Assembly: GCA_965261735.1 (NCBI GenBank)
Contig: OZ253470.1
Location: forward strand, 3,424,001-3,488,000
Length of the DNA: 64,000 nucleotides
Origin: Alphaproteobacteria bacterium
Lineage (GTDB): Bacteria > Pseudomonadota > Alphaproteobacteria > SHVV01
Reading direction: 5' to 3'
In this document: in pieces, positions 45,698 through 55,174 of the stretch
How positions within the stretch are numbered: the stretch's first letter is position 1
Layout of the letters: each line of letters starts with the position of its first letter
The notes under the pieces: generated by a model
The model's database searches: none
What the model was told of the DNA's origin: nothing
Seen by the model: the letters and a program-made list of their open reading frames with translations, nothing else
Position numbers and translations under genes: made by a program

Positions 45698-48600
45698 CTA
45701 CATGCCCATGCTGCGTCCCCGGGATCTTTTGTGGGTCTGGCGCTCTTCTTCCTCGGCCGTTTCGCGTTTATTGGAGTGGCGCTCAACATAGTCGTCCAAT
45801 TCCTTTTGCGCCGCCTTGCGTTCTTCCCCCGTTGCGTTATACGCGGCTGACTGCAGCCGGCTGAACTCTTGGGCCTCCCTTTCCGCCCGGCGCTGGCGGT
45901 CCTCGTGCGTCTCCCGCGGTGCGGATTGTTCGCTTTGACGCTCTCTTTCAGCGGTCTCCGATATCTGCCTGTCGTCCCTGCCGATCAATCTACCGATATC
46001 GGTGAGCGCCCAGCGCATGTGCTCCAGGCCGAGCGGGATGCCGTTGAGATGGGAGGCGTAGGTATCATGATCGTCCATGATACGTTGGCCGGTCTCGGCC
46101 AGCCTGTCGATGTCCGCCCGCCACCTGTCATAGCCGGTGAGACCGGTAACTGGTTTGTTTAAATCGATCGCGACGGTTTCCAGCACCTGGGTGCGATATT
46201 CCTGCCGGTCCTTGACCGCCGCGAGGTAATCCTCGATTTCACGGCGGGTTTGGGTCCCTTCGTCGAGTTGGGCCAGCACGTTTCCGAGCGACCGGCGCGG
46301 ACGATCTTCAAGGGCCGGGTTTTCGGCCAACGCTTCCATGCGCGCGCGGAGTTGTTTATAGCCGTCAATATATATGGCATGGACACCAGCCCGTTCCGCG
46401 GTCGCGAGGTGACGGCTCCAGTCCTGTCGCAATGCCGAATAGGTGTCCCAGGCGATCTGTTCTTCCGTGGGTACGGACGGTTTGTCCACTGCCGGAGGAT
46501 CTCCGGCAAAGTTCCGTTCGGTTGGCATGACAACAGTTTCAATCGGGGGTGAAGCCTGCTCCGGGGTATGCCGTCTGCCATCGTCCGGTCCGGCCGGTTG
46601 AATGTGCCCGGCTGGCACGCTGCCCGCTGTCTCGGCGACTTCGCCCCTGATCGGCGACACTCCCTGGCGTATCTCCGGTTCGAGCCCCTGTTGTTCCGCT
46701 TCCTTCTTCATCCGATGTACGTGGCGCATCGTGGCCGCGCGCCGGTGGCGTCGCGCCCGTGTAAGGAGATCCTCGAAGGCGTCGAGATCCTTGCGCCCGA
46801 TACCACCGCGTTCTTCCAGCAGGGAGGCGAAGTCGTCCGGCCGGGCGCGGAAGGTCTCGGCCTGTTTCAGCAACACCGCATGGCGGGTGAGCGTCTCCTG
46901 GAAAGCAGGCCCAAGCGCCACGGCATCGCCTTGCGTGCGAGTGCGCTCGCGCAGATCGTCGTATGCCGCCAGAATTTCCTCACGGCCAGCGGCGAAGGTG
47001 GAGACAGCCTGGGCATGACGCCAGCCGAAGGCGGTGCGCCGGACATCCCGCGCGATACGGGCCAGGGCGTTGTCGTTCGCCGCTGCCAGGGCTTCCGGCG
47101 GTCCTCCCTGAGTTTCTTGGATTGACCGGGAATTGATTCTTCGGACATGCTCTCGCCGGTCTTCCCATATGCCATCGGCCATGTAGTCGAGCGCCGCTTC
47201 TTTGGGTTGCGAGCGCGACCAGCGCTCGGCCAGATAGGCACGGATCTCGGTGTCCGTCACCGCAACTTCCCGGTCGTTGTCCGCTCGCCTGTCGGCAATA
47301 TCGAGAGCAAGCGGTGCCCGGTTAACGTAAATGTCGAGCCCTTCGCGATGGCGCGTAGCCGCCGGATAGATGGTTTCACGCGCCGGCCTTGCATCGGCCA
47401 GCAGGAATGTCCGGTCAACGGTCAAGCCCTGGGCCGAGGTAATAGTGAGCGCATAACCGTGATCGAGGCGGATATTGCCGTACCAATCGCGGATCTCATC
47501 GTGGTGAAAGCTGACTTTTCGTCCGTCCTCTGTATGGCCAGAAATCAAGACACTCGGCTCCGTACCGGCCTCACCCCTCTCAACCTTGAAGTCCTCCACC
47601 GTGACCACGGTGCCGTTGAACAACTGCTTCTCCCAGTGGGTGGCGCCGATGCGCAACCGGTCGCCGCGCACGATCTCCAGCGGAGAGGTTGTTCGCTCGT
47701 CTTCCGTACCCCTGCTTACAATAACCGTCACCCGGTCCGTATCAGCGCGCTCTCCATCCGTCAGCACGGCGAAACGGCGTTCCCGCATCAGATGCGACAG
47801 CGCCCGCACCTCGGCCCGCGTGCGCGCCAGCACCACGGTGGACTTGCCGGGGTTCGCCCGCTGGTAGCGGTCCCAGTCATCAACCAGACCGGTCAGCGTC
47901 TTTTCTTCGTCGTACCCGATATGGAACCGGCCTCTTGCATGGTGACCCGCGATGGCCGATGCCGCGTCGCCGTCGCGCAGCGCCTCCGACGCGGCAACCT
48001 GCCACGGCGTGAACTCGGGTTTCTCCTCTATTGATTCGTAATCCGAGAGAATGCGGGCGCGTCCCTGCTCACCCATAAGCCCTGCCTGGAACCGCGCAGC
48101 CTCCGGTGTTTCGCCGTGGACATGAACCAGGATATCCTCAAGGTCTGACTTTTGCCGCCGTATGCGGTCCACCCGCACGCTGCCAACGGCGTCACGGATC
48201 AACCTCAACCCCGGTCCCGCTTCCACCGGTTGTTGCTGGTGCGTGTCGCCCGCGAAGACGATTTTCGCTCCATGGCGTTCTGAGAGCCTGAGAATATGAT
48301 GGGCCTGGCGGGTCGACAGCATCCCCGCTTCGTCGACAATAATAGTGGTATTTCCATCGATCTCGATGCCGCCCCGCGCGGCGAGGCGCAGCAGCTTGTC
48401 GACGCAGAACGGCCGCGCATCGACGTCATTGCCCAACGCCACTGCCGTCCGCCAGGCCACGGCGGTGGCGATAATGCTCTGTCCATGTTCACGGTAGAGA
48501 TCGGCGATTGGCCGGAGCGTAGTGGTCTTGCCCGAGCCCGCTGCCCCCTCGATGATGGCAACCCTCCCACCGGATGAGCTGACCGTCCGTATTGCCGTGA

Positions 48601-49948
48601 TCTGTTCTTCGCTCAACGGATAACCCGCCTTCAGCAGTCCCGTCACCTTTGTCTCGATTGCCTGGGCGGATAGGGAATGTCCCGTACCGACGGCCATTCC
48701 TGCCGCCATGTCACGGACTTCAAGCTCCATTTGGAGATTGTGACGGGTTGAATAGAGCCTGGTATGCGCCATGTCGGCCCGGCCTTCGGCCGACCGTGGC
48801 GGGCGGGTCAGGCGCACGATCTCTGGGCTCAGAAGCACACGTTCGATGCTTGTCGCAACCGCATCACGGTTCAGGAGACCGGCGGTGGCATTGCCCACCC
48901 GCTCGACGATATCCGGCAGGCGGAACACCGCCTCCTCGCGCGTGAGGCGTTCCGGCAGTTCTTCCAGCACTTCCGTCAGGTCTCGGATTTGTTGCTGCGT
49001 TATCTCTTCGGCCTTGCCCAAAAGCGAGACGATCAGCACTTCGCGCTCGACATACCCCTCCGCTTCGCCTCGCCAGCGCCGGTGGCGAATTTCAGGATCA
49101 TTGTCGGGCGACTTTCCGGCCCGTGTGATCTTGTTCGCCGCCGCTGCCCGCGGCGCGTTGCCCTCGACCGTAAAGCCCATCTCCCGGGCCGCTTCGATAA
49201 TCGCCGCCCGGCGCTTCGACCAGTGACCGATCAGGTCCCCGGGCATGCCTGCAATGCGCGTGAACTCTCCATCCTTCCCATATTGTTCGATGCGGATGCC
49301 GAGACGTTCTTGGAGGCTCCATGCCATGGCATTGCGGTAGACCGCTCCCGCCGCCTTCATCCAGGTGTAGACCGGGTGCTGGTGCAGTGCCCGGTACTTG
49401 CCGTCCCGGTGTGTGCGGGCGGCATTGAAGATCACGCAGTGGGTATGCAGTTGCGGGTCGTTGTCCCGGCTGGTTCCATGTTGGAACATCGCGGCCGATA
49501 TATCGGCGGGCAGCACCTCGATCTCGCCGTCCCGGTTACGGATGCGGGTATAGGCGCAATGCCTCAGCACTGTTTCCTCCAGCGCTACCCGAGCCGCATC
49601 TTTATGCGCCTGCTCGATATCGGAACGCAGATCAGGATCGGCGACAGCCCATAACGCTGAGACGCTCTTGTCGGCGCTGAAGGTCATGTCGAGACCCGCC
49701 GAGCGCCGCTCGCTGCCAGCGTTTTGTGTGAGCTTGCCTCCGGTGTTCGGTGCGAAGCCGTTGTACAGCCGGTGGAAGTCGCTGCTGTCGACCTTGCCGT
49801 GGTCGGCAAGGCCGAACAGGCCCTTCGGATTGAACCAGACGCCATCCGGTTCTTCTCCCGCTGTGTAGTACTCATTGGGATGACGAAAGGAGCGCTGGCT
49901 CTCCAGGTAATAGGCGGCCGATGCCGCTTGGGCCAGAGTGGCTACCAT
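45698..49948 (-). CDS. mobF: MOBF (TrwC-like) relaxase fused to a RecD-like helicase with a long C-terminal tail
   Basis: AAYYL/NEYYT tyrosines, DMTFSADKSVS, HGTSRDNDPQLHTH, WSKRR, GAAGSGKTT, VDEAGM, HGYALTITSAQGLTVD, basic tail RSRGRSMGM. Confidence 0.95.
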   Translation of the reverse strand: MVATLAQAASAAYYLESQRSFRHPNEYYTAGEEPDGVWFNPKGLFGLADHGKVDSSDFHRLYNGFAPNTGGKLTQNAGSERRSAGLDMTFSADKSVSALWAVADPDLRSDIEQAHKDAARVALEETVLRHCAYTRIRNRDGEIEVLPADISAAMFQHGTSRDNDPQLHTHCVIFNAARTHRDGKYRALHQHPVYTWMKAAGAVYRNAMAWSLQERLGIRIEQYGKDGEFTRIAGMPGDLIGHWSKRRAAIIEAAREMGFTVEGNAPRAAAANKITRAGKSPDNDPEIRHRRWRGEAEGYVEREVLIVSLLGKAEEITQQQIRDLTEVLEELPERLTREEAVFRLPDIVERVGNATAGLLNRDAVATSIERVLLSPEIVRLTRPPRSAEGRADMAHTRLYSTRHNLQMELEVRDMAAGMAVGTGHSLSAQAIETKVTGLLKAGYPLSEEQITAIRTVSSSGGRVAIIEGAAGSGKTTTLRPIADLYREHGQSIIATAVAWRTAVALGNDVDARPFCVDKLLRLAARGGIEIDGNTTIIVDEAGMLSTRQAHHILRLSERHGAKIVFAGDTHQQQPVEAGPGLRLIRDAVGSVRVDRIRRQKSDLEDILVHVHGETPEAARFQAGLMGEQGRARILSDYESIEEKPEFTPWQVAASEALRDGDAASAIAGHHARGRFHIGYDEEKTLTGLVDDWDRYQRANPGKSTVVLARTRAEVRALSHLMRERRFAVLTDGERADTDRVTVIVSRGTEDERTTSPLEIVRGDRLRIGATHWEKQLFNGTVVTVEDFKVERGEAGTEPSVLISGHTEDGRKVSFHHDEIRDWYGNIRLDHGYALTITSAQGLTVDRTFLLADARPARETIYPAATRHREGLDIYVNRAPLALDIADRRADNDREVAVTDTEIRAYLAERWSRSQPKEAALDYMADGIWEDRREHVRRINSRSIQETQGGPPEALAAANDNALARIARDVRRTAFGWRHAQAVSTFAAGREEILAAYDDLRERTRTQGDAVALGPAFQETLTRHAVLLKQAETFRARPDDFASLLEERGGIGRKDLDAFEDLLTRARRHRRAATMRHVHRMKKEAEQQGLEPEIRQGVSPIRGEVAETAGSVPAGHIQPAGPDDGRRHTPEQASPPIETVVMPTERNFAGDPPAVDKPSVPTEEQIAWDTYSALRQDWSRHLATAERAGVHAIYIDGYKQLRARMEALAENPALEDRPRRSLGNVLAQLDEGTQTRREIEDYLAAVKDRQEYRTQVLETVAIDLNKPVTGLTGYDRWRADIDRLAETGQRIMDDHDTYASHLNGIPLGLEHMRWALTDIGRLIGRDDRQISETAERERQSEQSAPRETHEDRQRRAEREAQEFSRLQSAAYNATGEERKAAQKELDDYVERHSNKRETAEEEERQTHKRSRGRSMGM

Positions 49949-50132
49949 GACGCCAACTCGGTAACGACATTGCCGGATAGGGATGCAACCTGGCCGGAGT
50001 ACAGCTGGAATATGATTGTCGTAGCTCTCATGATTCCAGCCTTGGGAATTCCTGTATTTTACAGAGGCTCAACGAAATGGCCGCGCGGTCTTTACAAATC
50101 CGGGCAAAGTTCATTACATTTATCGAGATCAA

Positions 50133-50175
50133 TGCACCTTGGTGCAGAGGTGTGCCTGCGTTAGAACTACTCGAC
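50133..50175 (+). other. Candidate oriT (MOBF-type nic region)
   Basis: Hairpin TGCACC-TT-GGTGCA (50133-50146) followed by CTGCGTTAGAACT, resembling IncN/IncW TGCGT-containing nic sites; lower-GC gap upstream of the relaxase. Confidence 0.5.
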
Positions 50176-50352
50176 ATGTTTCGCGAGAGGATATAGACTG
50201 CGAAAAAGGGAATCAAGGGGAAGATTGGCCCTGCCTTGGAACGGGGCGGGACATTTGAATTGGCCAGTCGAAGGGTGGAATTGACCGGCTGTCGGGCCAA
50301 TCGCAGAATCCGGGCATGATCGCGGATTCCGGAAACAACGGGGAGATGGACG

Positions 50353-50655
50353 ATGCCGGCGAAACGCTTCAACGAAGCGGATATCGACTTCGATGCTATA
50401 GACGGTGAATTGGCTAAACTTGTGCCGCCGAAGCTGAGCCTGGCGGATGTGCTGGACCGTCTGCGGAAGCGATTGGTCGAGCAACAGGCCAAGGGCGTTA
50501 CGGTGGCTCAAATGCATGAGGTGTTGAAATCGGGCGGCATCGAAATCACGGAGCGCAGTCTGCGAACGTTTCTGGATAAGGGCGTGTTGCCGGGAAGGAA
50601 GGTTGCCGAGGCTGCCAGGGCCATGGTGTCCGAAGAAGGCAAAGATCCGTTCTAA
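50353..50655 (+). CDS. Small oriT-proximal DNA-binding protein (StbA/TraK-like)
   Basis: GGGGAG RBS, KGVTVAQMHEVLKSGGIEITERSLRTFL HTH-like motif, divergent from the relaxase. Confidence 0.6.
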   Translation: MPAKRFNEADIDFDAIDGELAKLVPPKLSLADVLDRLRKRLVEQQAKGVTVAQMHEVLKSGGIEITERSLRTFLDKGVLPGRKVAEAARAMVSEEGKDPF

Positions 50656-50729
50656 GACGAATGACGGCGCACATGGGTTCGTCGTGGCGATTTTCCGGAT
50701 GTGGATAGTGAAGTTGCAATGGGGGATGG

Positions 50730-50876
50730 CCGGGCGCTAGCGTGGCGCTTCAGCGCCCGCGTACGGCGATGGCGCGAAGCGCCGAGCCGATCGGCGGCGA
50801 TGCATCGTTCGAAGAACGGCGAGCCGCCAGCGAGCGTAAGCTCGCACGGTTGGCGGTGGCGCGAAGCGTCCCGCCA
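50730..50876 (+). other. Cluster of GNA/GNRA-loop hairpins (ssi/Frpo-like ssDNA signal)
   Basis: GGCGC-GAA-GCGCC 50771, CGTTC-GAA-GAACG 50806, GCGAGC-GTAA-GCTCGC 50830, CGC-GAA-GCG 50860. Confidence 0.55.
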
Positions 50877-50903
50877 TGGGTTTCTACTCTAACCAACCGG
50901 CAC

Positions 50904-50946
50904 AAAAAAAGGCCGATCCCGCGCCGAGTGGTGGCTGGGACCGGCC
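50904..50946 (-). terminator. Rho-independent terminator after the DUF2493 gene
   Basis: GGCCGGTCCC...GGGATCGGCC stem followed by T7 on the minus strand. Confidence 0.75.
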
Positions 50947-50959
50947 CTTAAGGGTATCG

Positions 50960-51874
50960 TCAGGCGGCGGCGAGAAGAACGGGGATTCCGATCTTGCGTG
51001 CCTTGTCGATCATGTTGTTGGTGATGCCAGAGCCGGGGAGGGCGACGAGGCCCTTCGGCAGGAAGTTCAGCAGGACGTCGTTGCGTCGGAAGGGCGCGGC
51101 CTTGCCATCTCGATCCCAATTCGGTTTGCATACGACCTGGTGGACGCCGTTCTTCTCGGCCCAGCTTGCCGCGATCTTCTCCGCACCGGGTCCGCCGCCG
51201 TGCAGCAGGACCATATCTTCGTACTTGATCTTGATGCTGTCCAGCGAGCGCCAGATGGCGTTGACGTCGTCGAAGTCCTTGCCGCCGGTGAAGGCGACCA
51301 AGGTGCCCTCGGGCAGATGCGCGGAGGTTTCACGATCCTTGCGGGCGCGCAGGTAGTCACGGGCGTCGATGGCGGCTGAGGTGAGTTTACCGGTCTGGCT
51401 GCTGTGCGATCCGTTGCGCGGACGCCAGGTGTCGCCGGTCTCGGCGCGGTATCCCTCGGCGGCGAGGTCGCGCATGGCCTCGAAGGCGTCGCGGCGATCA
51501 CCAAGGTTCTGGACCCGGTCGGTGAGGAGTTCCAGTTCGCGCGACTTGATCTCGGAGCCGTCCTGTTCCTGGCCGAGGTCTTTCATCTCGGGCGCGATCT
51601 TGTCGACGCCGCGGTCGAGGCGCTGGACCTGGGCGTGCAGTGCATTGACGAAGCCCCAGAGGAGGCTCTCGCGTTCGTCGGCGAGTTGCGTGCCGTCCGG
51701 TGCGACCACACCGGCCAGGATGTGGATGGCTTCCTCGATCCCGGCAAGCGCCTCGTCCCCGTTCCAAATCTCGCGGTTGTCTAACTCATCTCGACCGGGG
51801 GTCGCGCCGAACAGGGCGGCCTGTTCGCATGCCATTGCGGTCTGTGACGTTTCGGTGCTGATGAAGTTCTGCAT
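50960..51874 (-). CDS. DUF2493 (SLOG-like) domain protein
   Basis: LLWGFVNALH, TSAAIDARDYL, VAFTGGKD, LLHGG, AAPFRRND, PGSGIT; GGAGAG RBS before MQNF. Confidence 0.85.
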   Translation of the reverse strand: MQNFISTETSQTAMACEQAALFGATPGRDELDNREIWNGDEALAGIEEAIHILAGVVAPDGTQLADERESLLWGFVNALHAQVQRLDRGVDKIAPEMKDLGQEQDGSEIKSRELELLTDRVQNLGDRRDAFEAMRDLAAEGYRAETGDTWRPRNGSHSSQTGKLTSAAIDARDYLRARKDRETSAHLPEGTLVAFTGGKDFDDVNAIWRSLDSIKIKYEDMVLLHGGGPGAEKIAASWAEKNGVHQVVCKPNWDRDGKAAPFRRNDVLLNFLPKGLVALPGSGITNNMIDKARKIGIPVLLAAA

Positions 51875-52161
51875 GAGTCTCTCCAATGCAATGTTTCTAT
51901 CCTCCGAGGCGTTCTGCCCCGTCGTGATGACTCTTTGTTTCACGCGCTCGCAGCGGAGCCACGATTGCCGGAATGCCTGCGCTGGGGGGATGGGCGAGTG
52001 GTGCGGGCGCAGGGAGCGGAGCGACTGAGCCACGGTCGCGCATTCCACCGGCGCTAGCCGCGGAGCGGCGTGGCATTGCGCGCTATCGCCGTAACGGAGC
52101 GAAGCGAAGTGGAGGACCCCACAGGGGTTGGCACAGTGAGACCGTGTGACACAATGAGGCA

Positions 52162-53199
52162 TCATGACGGGGTAATTATTCTCCCACTCCCCCGCCTCTC
52201 TTCCACCGTTGCAGCAGGCTTGGCGCTTGCAATAAGGGGCGCGATCCGGACCGCGAGTGTTTCTTTTCCGAAGGCAATAAGGTCGTCATTAAAATCGAAG
52301 TGTTCGGGAACGATCACGATTGAGGGAATGTTGCGTTCCACACAGCGGCGTTGAAGACGGTTTGCGGCGTGCCCGCCTTCCACGTCTTTATCGCGGGCGA
52401 TGACCAACAGGGAGAGGTCTTGGGGTGGTTCGAAGGCGCCAAGGCTTCCTGCCGATAGAGCGGCTGCGGCATGAATGCCGGGAACGGCGGTGACCACAGA
52501 TAGAACGGTCTCGATGCCCTCGCCGGCAAGCAGGGTCGCGCCGGAGGCGGACCCGCCGAAGCGCACGGCGCGGCCGTGGACCCGCCCAAGCGCTTTGCGC
52601 GGGTTCACAAGGTTGGCTTTCTCGGGTAGCTTGGGATCGAGCCAGGTGCGTTGCACGCCCTCGATGGCGCCATCATCGCCGGTGACGGCGGCGACCAGTG
52701 CCGGCATGCGGTGGATGCCGTCATCTGCACGATGGATGAGATCGGGATGAAACCGCAGGGCCGGGAAGCGGCAATGGCCGATGGCGCGGGCGTGCAGATA
52801 GGCTTCCGCATGGGTGCCATCGATGGGCCGGCAACGCCGCCAGAGGCGGCGTGCCGCTTCTTCACGGTCGTAGCCGCCGGCATGATCTCCGCCATTGGCG
52901 GGAGCGGACGGCGGCAGTGAGAGGAAGGCGCGGGCCTCCTCCATGGCGTGCCGCAGCGATGCTCCGCCGGTGCGCAGACGGATGAGATCGAGCAGATCGC
53001 CATGCTGGTTCGTCGCGCCGTCGGTCCATTTACCGGGTATGCCTGGAGGCGCCAGGCGCACGAAGAGCGAGCGTCCCTTGGCGCCGCTTGTGTCGCCGAT
53101 TGTCCAGTATCTGCCCTGCTTGCGTCCGCGGGGAAGGTAGCGGCGGCAGACGTCTTCGGCCCGTGCGCTTAACGCGGCGGCAATTTCAGTGGCGTTCAT
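52162..53199 (-). CDS. Toprim-domain primase-like protein (DUF7146 type)
   Basis: AEDVCRRYL, GDLLDLIR, GTHAEAYL, LRFHP, GEGIETVLS, IARDKD, DFNDDL. Confidence 0.85.
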   Translation of the reverse strand: MNATEIAAALSARAEDVCRRYLPRGRKQGRYWTIGDTSGAKGRSLFVRLAPPGIPGKWTDGATNQHGDLLDLIRLRTGGASLRHAMEEARAFLSLPPSAPANGGDHAGGYDREEAARRLWRRCRPIDGTHAEAYLHARAIGHCRFPALRFHPDLIHRADDGIHRMPALVAAVTGDDGAIEGVQRTWLDPKLPEKANLVNPRKALGRVHGRAVRFGGSASGATLLAGEGIETVLSVVTAVPGIHAAAALSAGSLGAFEPPQDLSLLVIARDKDVEGGHAANRLQRRCVERNIPSIVIVPEHFDFNDDLIAFGKETLAVRIAPLIASAKPAATVEERRGSGRIITPS

Positions 53200-53390
53200 G
53201 GGCGTGATCCCTTAGGGGAGTGATGGTGCGAAACGGTTGCATGGGGAACCTCTCCTTCCTGTTGTGGGACGTCCCCTTCAGGCCCTCCTCGAACTTTTCG
53301 CGGTGAGGGCAGCGGGAGCGGAGCGCGCAGCGCTGCCGCTTCGCGTGCACGCTTTTGGAACTCAGTTGGGGCAGGCTCGGATACGCCGGC

Positions 53391-53433
53391 AAAAAAGTAG
53401 GCCAGCCCCATGCCAACTTGGCGGGGACTGGCC
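53391..53433 (-). terminator. Rho-independent terminator after ssb
   Basis: GGCCAGTCCCCGCC...GGCATGGGGCTGGCC stem then ACTTTTTT on the minus strand. Confidence 0.65.
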
Positions 53434-53462
53434 CTGAGTTATGCGGGAGGGAGGAAGGCCCG

Positions 53463-53900
53463 CTAGAACGGAATTTCGCTATCAACCACCGTCGCGGCGG
53501 TTTCGCCGGAAGGCACGGTGTCGCCGTTCATCGCCGGTGCGCCGTTGCCGTTCGGCTTGTCGAGGAACTGGACCCGTCCGCCGGGGACCAGCAGGATCTC
53601 GGTCGAGAACCGGTCGCTGTCCTCGCCGTCCTTGCGCCACTTGCGGGTCTGCAGCTTGCCCGAGACGTAGATCAGACGGCCCTTCTTCGCGTGCTTCTCC
53701 ATCATCTCCACCAGGCCGTCCTGGAAGGTGACGATGCGGTGCCACTCGGTGCGGTCCACCTTGTCACCGGAATTTTTGTCGAGGAAGCTTTCATCGGTCG
53801 CGATCGAGACATTGGCGACACGGCCGCCGTTGGTGAGGTGGCTGATGGTGGCGTCGGCGCCGAGGCGTCCGATCAACTGCGCGTTATTCAATCCGAACAT
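53463..53900 (-). CDS. ssb: Single-stranded DNA-binding protein (leading region)
   Basis: LIGRLGADA, TEWHRIV, GKLQTRKW, canonical DSEIPF tail. Confidence 0.92.
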   Translation of the reverse strand: MFGLNNAQLIGRLGADATISHLTNGGRVANVSIATDESFLDKNSGDKVDRTEWHRIVTFQDGLVEMMEKHAKKGRLIYVSGKLQTRKWRKDGEDSDRFSTEILLVPGGRVQFLDKPNGNGAPAMNGDTVPSGETAATVVDSEIPF

Positions 53901-54006
53901 GATCAATCTCCTATGATCCGGGTTATGACATCGGGTTAGCGAACGGGGTCAGGCCTCTCTCGACCCTTCCCCCTTCACACTTCTCTAAGCCCCCCTCTTC
54001 CTCTAT

Positions 54007-54198
54007 TCAGCCGTCCGCACCGGTATATGTCCGGGAGCCGAGAACCTCGCGGATCGCGTGGGCCGGCATTCCGACCGCGGCCAGCAGCGCGCCGGCATCG
54101 GGAAGAGGTGCGGCGAAGCCGGGATCGGCATCGCTTGTGCTGCCGGGATTGAAAAGGGTGTCGTTGGACTCGGTCGAGCTATGAATGCGATCGAACAT
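54007..54198 (-). CDS. Small hypothetical protein (63 aa)
   Basis: GGAGG RBS before MFDRIH; co-oriented with the leading region. Confidence 0.5.
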   Translation of the reverse strand: MFDRIHSSTESNDTLFNPGSTSDADPGFAAPLPDAGALLAAVGMPAHAIREVLGSRTYTGADG

Positions 54199-54387
54199 CT
54201 GGCACCTCCGGTTGATGGGGTTGAGACACCGCCCGGTGGGAACTCTCTTTTCCCTTGGGCGCGTCGCCCTTCTCTTTGCCTTCCTCAACCTCTCATGCAC
54301 GGTGGTCGAGGCAGGCCGGAGAGTCCGGTGGCATCGCACGGCGGCAACCGCGGGCACGACTTTGCCCGGCAACCGCCGCGCGGGTTG

Positions 54388-54702
54388 TCAAAGGACCGCG
54401 TCGTTGGCGTCCATGATGGCGATGATGACGTCGTCGAGGCTGCCCCTTGCGCCCATTAGGGTGTTCTCGAGATGGAGAAGCTGGTGGCGAAGCCCGGCGC
54501 GGTCGCCGCCGGACGGGTTGTTGAGCAGACGCATGATGGCGTTCCGCAGCTCGGCGAAACGTTCCGCCAGATCCTTCATGTGAGCTGCAGCTTCGCGTGT
54601 GCCGGTCCGGGTTTCCGACAGGAACCCGCCGGGATCGGGCCGGGCGCAGGGCATGGTTTCGAACTCGCCGGTCGTGGAGCGTGGTGTGAGGGTGTCGAAC
54701 AT
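54388..54702 (-). CDS. Small hypothetical helical protein (104 aa)
   Basis: GGAGGA RBS before MFDTLT; amphipathic helices. Confidence 0.55.
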   Translation of the reverse strand: MFDTLTPRSTTGEFETMPCARPDPGGFLSETRTGTREAAAHMKDLAERFAELRNAIMRLLNNPSGGDRAGLRHQLLHLENTLMGARGSLDDVIIAIMDANDAVL

Positions 54703-54916
54703 AGGGTTCCTCCGTGGATTGCATGACAGAATGTCGGCGATGCCGGGAGAATTGTCCTCCCCCGTCCACCGCCCGTACCGCCTCTGCCGTGCTGCCCTCG
54801 GCCTCCATGTGCCGCAACGTGCGGGCGGGAGGGTCTCACTCAAAACGTTGCCGCGACCTGCTCCTGGCCCATCATGCCGGCTGGCAAGTTACCGGGTGTA
54901 AGCCGGCCTGCTCGGT

Positions 54917-55174
54917 TCAATGGGTGGTTTCATCGCGGGCGGCAGTCATGGACCGGCCGGCGATGGCGGACCAGGCATGCCGGTCGAGTCCGAGCCGAGC
55001 ATTGAGTCGATCACAAATCCGCTCCGCATCGTCGAGTGTGAGTCCAACCAACGCCGTGGGGACGTAGCCCGGGATATCGGCGAAAACGATTCGTATTTGC
55101 TGCGGCATGTTGTCGAAGTCATAAGCGGGACAAAACGCGTAGACGGGATCGTCGGGCAGCGTATGAGATGTCAT
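54917..55174 (-). CDS. Small hypothetical protein (85 aa)
   Basis: MTSHTLPDDPVYAFCP...PGYVP...AERICDRLNARLGL...IAGRSM; globular composition. Confidence 0.6.
   Translation of the reverse strand: MTSHTLPDDPVYAFCPAYDFDNMPQQIRIVFADIPGYVPTALVGLTLDDAERICDRLNARLGLDRHAWSAIAGRSMTAARDETTH

Noticed and set aside
53186-53242. 18-codon ORF (MQPFRT...) with RBS upstream of the toprim gene
   Set aside because: Too short to support; may be a remnant or leader
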